This document shows positions 59,735-64,000 of a stretch of 64,000 nt of DNA, one piece after another (position 1 is the first letter of the stretch; each line of letters begins with the position of its first letter). Under the pieces are notes generated by a model that was given only the letters and a program-made list of their open reading frames with translations, ran no database searches and was not told where the DNA came from. This stretch comes from a bacterium. Lineage in GTDB: Bacteria; Patescibacteriota; Minisyncoccia; Phycocordibacterales; Phycocordibacteraceae. The position numbers and the translations under genes are program-made. The DNA lies in contig JBBCGK010000001.1 in assembly GCA_037200965.1 (NCBI GenBank), positions 608,001 through 672,000 on the forward strand, written 5' to 3'.

Positions 59735-60668
59735 TTTTACAAGGGTAATCCCTAATTCCTGCCACCAAACCCAGTGCCCTGAACGAGCGTGAGCAGACGC
59801 TCCTCCTGCTCGGCAAGCGTCTTCGTGCGGCGGTTGAACTTCCAGGCGATCTCTCCGACGAAGAGGTACAGATGCGTACGGCGCATGCCGCCGATGCATC
59901 CGAGACGACGCTTCAAGAGCCCCCAGAAGCCCTCGATGTTGTTCGTATGCACGTCGCCGCGTACGAGCTCTCCGCCGTCATGATCCACGTACTCGTGACG
60001 GTACCCCCGCTTCTTGAGGCCGCGGTATGTTTTGAAGCCGTCGGTATACACGTACGCTCCCTCCGGCACCAGCCGCTCGATCGTGCTGAAGATGGTCCTC
60101 CAATCAAGCTTCTTGGGGAGTATGGCGACATATACCTGTCCGGAGGTCCGCGAAAAGAGCCCGAAGATGGGAAGCTTGTCGGTCCCGTGACCGCGCTTCG
60201 TTTCCAGACGCCGGATGTGGAGACGTTTGTTCTTGCGCTGGCCGCCGATGTACGTTTCGTCCATCTCGATTGGACCGGGAAGCACGGCTGGCTGGTCAGC
60301 CGTCATGACCGTACGGAGATGGAGTGCCATGCGCTCCACGCGCGAATGCGGTATTCCCGTCTCCTCAACGATACGTTTGATCGTCCGCTCCCTGAGGAAG
60401 ACACGTATGCACTTCCGCCACTCGGCTTCCGTGCTGCGGATGCCCTCAACTGGAGCTGCGTGCCCGCTCCACTCGCGTCTGCACCGCCTGCACTTCAGTT
60501 TGTTCCTGCGGAGTTTCCAGGCACGGCGGAAGGCGCAATACGGACATACAGGAGCGGGCATATATGGTGGCACTATTAGGTATTGCACCACTGTGCCCGT
60601 CAGAGAGCCTCACGCAAGGATATTTCAAAGATATGTGGTGGCAGAGTTAGGGATTACCCTTTACAAAA
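59735..60668 (-). mobile_element. IS1595-family insertion sequence inserted 1 nt after the rplB stop
   Basis: Terminal IRs ttttacaagggtaatccctaa (59735-59755) and ttagggattaccctttacaaaa (60647-60668); tpase 59752..60591. Confidence 0.75.
59752..60591 (-). CDS. IS1595-family transposase (N-terminal zinc finger + DDE)
   Basis: CPYC...CRRC zinc finger, DDE_Tnp_IS1595-like core (DETYIGG..., TDGFKTY, HTNNIEGFW). Confidence 0.8.
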   Translation of the reverse strand: MVQYLIVPPYMPAPVCPYCAFRRAWKLRRNKLKCRRCRREWSGHAAPVEGIRSTEAEWRKCIRVFLRERTIKRIVEETGIPHSRVERMALHLRTVMTADQPAVLPGPIEMDETYIGGQRKNKRLHIRRLETKRGHGTDKLPIFGLFSRTSGQVYVAILPKKLDWRTIFSTIERLVPEGAYVYTDGFKTYRGLKKRGYRHEYVDHDGGELVRGDVHTNNIEGFWGLLKRRLGCIGGMRRTHLYLFVGEIAWKFNRRTKTLAEQEERLLTLVQGTGFGGRN

Positions 60669-60698
60669 GAAAAAGCCCCGCCAGACCGGCGGGGCTTT
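60669..60698. terminator. bidirectional terminator adjacent to the IS right end
   Basis: aaaagccccgcc-agac-cggcggggcttttt. Confidence 0.55.
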
Positions 60699-60709
60699 TT
60701 CTTTCCGGC

Positions 60710-61495
60710 TTATTGGTATTCGGGCTTCAAGATGTCCGCGAAATCGGAACGCGGCAGGCGCACGGTCTGCGGACCTATGGCATACGGGCCGACGGCGTAA
60801 GGAGGGAAGAAAATAAGGAGATCGGTACCGTCAAGCGCAAAGAACTGGAAATTTCCCGCGTCGTCCGGCGACGTTCCGGTGTCGACGAAATCCGGAAGCG
60901 CGTACTCCCCGAGCGCTGCGTACAGGAATGCCCGCGATGCTCTGGAGAGCGCGTCGAGATACGGCGCGCTACGCATGAACAGATCGCCAAGTTGGAGTGC
61001 CTTGCCGGTCGTGGAATCGAATGTGAACGTGCGGTAGTAGCTGTTGGGGTGCGCACCGAGCGTATCCTCGTAAATACTGAAGACATAGGAGAGCGTACGG
61101 GGTGACGCATATGCCGCATACTCGATATCCTGCGCGTATTTCTTATCAGGCCCGAGTTCCTGAAGTTTTATATCTTCTTCCGTAAGGTTTCCGAGGCGGT
61201 TCTGGTTCTTGAATTCCGCTTCCGCGGCCAGTACCCATGTCTCCATGACCTTTGCCGCATGTGCGTCCGCCTCCGCCCCGGCGGTTACAAGAAGCGGGGT
61301 TGATGCGGGATAGATGGCGTCGATGAGGTAGTAGTCGGCGTGGTCCGCAACCGTCTTGGAGGTCGTAGTTGCATTTTCCCCGGAAGGGACAGGGGCCACT
61401 CCGGGTGCCGGATTCTCGGCCATGTACCAGAGAAGGCAGGCAAGTATGGCAACCAGCACCGCACCGAGCGCGATCCGTTCGCAAGTGGTGTTCAT
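60710..61495 (-). CDS. membrane-anchored DUF3298/DUF4163-like (RsiV-like) protein
   Basis: N-terminal TM helix; general resemblance to RsiV-type domains (low certainty). Confidence 0.4.
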   Translation of the reverse strand: MNTTCERIALGAVLVAILACLLWYMAENPAPGVAPVPSGENATTTSKTVADHADYYLIDAIYPASTPLLVTAGAEADAHAAKVMETWVLAAEAEFKNQNRLGNLTEEDIKLQELGPDKKYAQDIEYAAYASPRTLSYVFSIYEDTLGAHPNSYYRTFTFDSTTGKALQLGDLFMRSAPYLDALSRASRAFLYAALGEYALPDFVDTGTSPDDAGNFQFFALDGTDLLIFFPPYAVGPYAIGPQTVRLPRSDFADILKPEYQ

Positions 61496-61552
61496 GCGAG
61501 AAAGTGTAGCACCCGCATATCAGGGAAAAATGAAGGGCTCCGGAATAGCCAA

Positions 61553-61590
61553 ATGAAAGGGCCCGGGCGGTAATGCCACCCGGGCCCCCC
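61553..61590 (-). terminator. hairpin terminator for the minus-strand gene ending at 61600
   Basis: gggcccgggcgg-taatgcc-acccgggccc with T-run on the minus strand. Confidence 0.45.
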
Positions 61591-61599
61591 AACGAAGGC

Positions 61600-62049
61600 T
61601 TAAGATTTGCAGGGACCTGTCCCGCAGGTTTTGCAACTTTTGCACGTTCCGTGTCTTATCCCTTTTCTCTTTCGGGAATTTCGCGCCTCTTCTCCGGGCA
61701 TGGCTTCGCCGAAGCGCGCGAAATAGAGCTTCGAGGTTCTCGCGTACCCTCTGCGGGAGCTTGCGTTCGGCTCAAGTTCAGGCTGATGGTGGAGGAAACC
61801 GCCGAAGACCGTCTGACAGTCCGAAGCGTACTTCTTCGTCATCAGGATATGTTCATGCCAGGCCCAGTCGATCATGTGAGACGGTGCCAGAGATTTGCGC
61901 GGATTTTCGCGGCAAAGCGTGTAGAACCGGCGCAAACCGAGAACGCACATCTTTGCGACCGGTTCGGTAAGACGCAAGGCAAGTTTGTGCTCCACTGCCC
62001 CGAGGTCGAGTCTCCGGATAGCGCTTGGAAGGTTCTTTTTGACGGCCAT
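61600..62049 (-). CDS. hypothetical protein with Cys-rich C-terminal tail (CKSCKTCGTGPCKS)
   Basis: 149-aa ORF. Confidence 0.4.
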   Translation of the reverse strand: MAVKKNLPSAIRRLDLGAVEHKLALRLTEPVAKMCVLGLRRFYTLCRENPRKSLAPSHMIDWAWHEHILMTKKYASDCQTVFGGFLHHQPELEPNASSRRGYARTSKLYFARFGEAMPGEEARNSRKRKGIRHGTCKSCKTCGTGPCKS

Positions 62050-62257
62050 CTCGGCCTCCTGCTGTGATTGCCGTTCCAGAGTAGCAAGGCGCGCAGCACC
62101 AGGTCAACCATAGAATCATACAAGTATAATGTGTTTTGTCTACGTTTTAAAACGGCCTTGCAAGTACGAGCTCTTTTGAAACGGTACGATTTGACTCTTT
62201 ATCCCGGCTCCTGTATCTTGCACCTATCTCGCGCTATGCGCGGGCTTTACCTTACTC

Positions 62258-62608
62258 ATGTCCCGATCGCTCAAGAAAGGTCCCTACGTGGACGCGAAGC
62301 TCATAAAGAAGCTTCGCGACAAGAAACCGGCTACCGCCGGGGTGATTAAGACGTGGGCGAGAGGTTCCCAGATCGCCCCGGAGATGGTCGGCTTCACGTT
62401 CGGCGTCTATAACGGACAGAAGCACCTCGAGGTGCTCGTCTCCGAGGAGATGGTAGGGCACCGCCTCGGCGAATTCTCCCCGACCAAGAAGTTCGTCCGG
62501 CACGGAGGCAAGATGCAGAAGGAGCTCGAGCAGAAGCGCCAGGAGTCCGAGATCGCGTCCGCGAAGGCCGCCTCAGCCGCTCCTGCCAAGGCCCCGGCAA
62601 AGAAATAA
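62258..62608 (+). CDS. rpsS: 30S ribosomal protein S19 (A/K-rich C-terminal extension)
   Basis: [11 protein letters not shown]...[13 protein letters not shown]. Confidence 0.9.
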   Translation: MSRSLKKGPYVDAKLIKKLRDKKPATAGVIKTWARGSQIAPEMVGFTFGVYNGQKHLEVLVSEEMVGHRLGEFSPTKKFVRHGGKMQKELEQKRQESEIASAKAASAAPAKAPAKK

Positions 62609-62611
62609 TCC

Positions 62612-62932
62612 ATGAAAGCCGAACTCACCGGATACAACCAGGCCCCGCGCAAAGTCCGCCTCGTCACCGACATGGTGAAGGGGAAGACCGTCGAGGCGGC
62701 TCTCGCCGCGCTCACCTTCTTCCCGAAGCGCGCTGCCGAGCCCATCGCGAAGCTCATCAAGTCCGCCGCCGCAAACGCGAAGCAGCAGGGCGTCGAGGAG
62801 CCGATGAAGCTGGTCGTCAAGAACATCGAGGTCAACAGCTCGGGGATGCTGACTCGTTTCCGCGCCCGCGCGATGGGCCGCTCGGCGACGATCCGGCACC
62901 GGAAGAGTCGCGTCGCGGTCACCCTCGCATAG
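62612..62932 (+). CDS. rplV: 50S ribosomal protein L22
   Basis: Conserved L22 core. Confidence 0.9.
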   Translation: MKAELTGYNQAPRKVRLVTDMVKGKTVEAALAALTFFPKRAAEPIAKLIKSAAANAKQQGVEEPMKLVVKNIEVNSSGMLTRFRARAMGRSATIRHRKSRVAVTLA

Positions 62933-62943
62933 ATTTACATACC

Positions 62944-63660
62944 ATGACTCACACCGTACATCCTTACGCGCACCGCCTCGGCATCATCCGCGACTGGAAG
63001 AGCCGCTGGTTCGCGGGCGACAAGAAGAGCTATCGCGAGAACATCCGCGTCGACGAGGCGCTGCGCGCGTTTCTCGTGAAGAAACTGCGCGGCACCTATA
63101 CGAGCGGCATCGAGATCGAGCGCACCGCGAACGAACTCAAGATCGTCGTCCACAGCGCCCGCCCGGGCCTCATCATCGGCCGTTCGGGCGAGAACGCGGC
63201 GAAGCTCCGCAAGGAACTCACGGACCTCGTCGCCAAGACCGCGAAAGGACATGGCCGCAAGGTCTCGTTCGATATCGTCGAGATCCGCCAGCCGGAGACC
63301 GATGCCGCGGTCGTCGCCTATATGGTCGCCGAAGGCCTCGAGAAGCGCATGCCGTTCCGCCGCGTGCTCAAGTCGACGGTCGAGAAGGTGATGGCGGTGC
63401 GCGACGTGGTCGGGGTGCGCATCACCATCTCGGGACGCCTTGGCGGCGCGGACATGTCGCGCAAGGAAGAGATCAAGAAGGGACGCATTCCGCTTCAGAC
63501 CTTCCGCGCGGACATCGATTTCGCGAACGAGAAGGCGCATCTTCCGTACGGCGTGATCGGCATCAAGGTCTGGATATACCGCGGCGAGGTGCTCGGAAGC
63601 GAAGGGCGCGGCTCGCGCCCGGAAGCCCGCACGGCGCGTCCCGCCCAGTCGCCCGTCTAA
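62944..63660 (+). CDS. rpsC: 30S ribosomal protein S3
   Basis: KH domain plus S3 C-domain; R/A-rich tail. Confidence 0.9.
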   Translation: MTHTVHPYAHRLGIIRDWKSRWFAGDKKSYRENIRVDEALRAFLVKKLRGTYTSGIEIERTANELKIVVHSARPGLIIGRSGENAAKLRKELTDLVAKTAKGHGRKVSFDIVEIRQPETDAAVVAYMVAEGLEKRMPFRRVLKSTVEKVMAVRDVVGVRITISGRLGGADMSRKEEIKKGRIPLQTFRADIDFANEKAHLPYGVIGIKVWIYRGEVLGSEGRGSRPEARTARPAQSPV

Positions 63661-63670
63661 TCCTTTGCCA

Positions 63671-64000
63671 TGCTGTTTCCCAAAAAAGTAAAGCACCGCA
63701 AGTGGCAGACGCAGCGCAAGAGCCCTGCGCGCCTCCTTCGCCCCGAGACCCGCGGTATCACGCTCGCCTTCGGTGCCTATGGCCTTAAGGCGACGACCTC
63801 CTCGCGCGTCACGAGCAACCAGATCGAGGCGGCCCGCAAGGTGCTCTCGCGCGTAACGGGCAAGGGGGGTAAGATGTGGATCCGCATCTTCCCCGACCGC
63901 CCGGTCACCAAGAAGCCCGCGGAAGTGGGCATGGGTTCCGGAAAGGGCGACCCCCAGCACTTCGTCTTCGAGGTACGCCCGGGCCGCGTCCTCTTCGAGC
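63671..64000 (+). CDS. rplP: 50S ribosomal protein L16 (5' partial, runs off the window)
   Basis: MLFPKKVKHRKWQTQRK... L16 N-terminus. Confidence 0.85.

Overview
This is a high-GC (~60%) bacterial chromosome segment. Gene content (RNase Y, PilB, a split ComEC, many TrmB-like regulators, ribosomal proteins with extended tails) suggests a small-genome, possibly Patescibacteria/CPR-like organism, but that is inference only. Core content: rarA, hup, rny, clpP, ppa, nusA, pilB, tpiA, pgk, recJ, rnhA, comEC (as two genes), sod, rpmB, and the str/S10 ribosomal cluster (rpsL-rpsG ... fusA-tuf-rpsJ-rplC-rplD-rplW-rplB ... rpsS-rplV-rpsC-rplP). Both ribosomal operons are broken by IS-carrying insertions: nested IS481/IS30 plus cargo between rpsG and fusA, and an IS1595-like element plus two genes between rplB and rpsS. 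Other mobile DNA: an IS200/IS605-type tnpA with flanking hairpins, a second IS481, and a second IS30 that splits a kinase-like gene. The most interesting region is an AT-richer accessory island (~23.85-32.2 kb) wedged between pgk and a HIT/recJ locus. It holds a RelE/RelB pair, two HIT paralogues, three of the five TrmB-like regulators in the window, a translationally coupled GTP-cyclohydrolase-II-like + SAM-methyltransferase operon, and a radical-SAM gene followed by a 39-aa repeat-containing peptide ORF with a perfect SD and terminator (RiPP-like). In the middle of the island sits a ~160-bp ghost junction made of diverged copies of the 3' ends of pgk and the HIT gene, back to back. A similar 3'-end ghost of rarA lies downstream of a Fic gene whose catalytic His is replaced by Gln. 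No rRNA, confident tRNA or CRISPR array was found.
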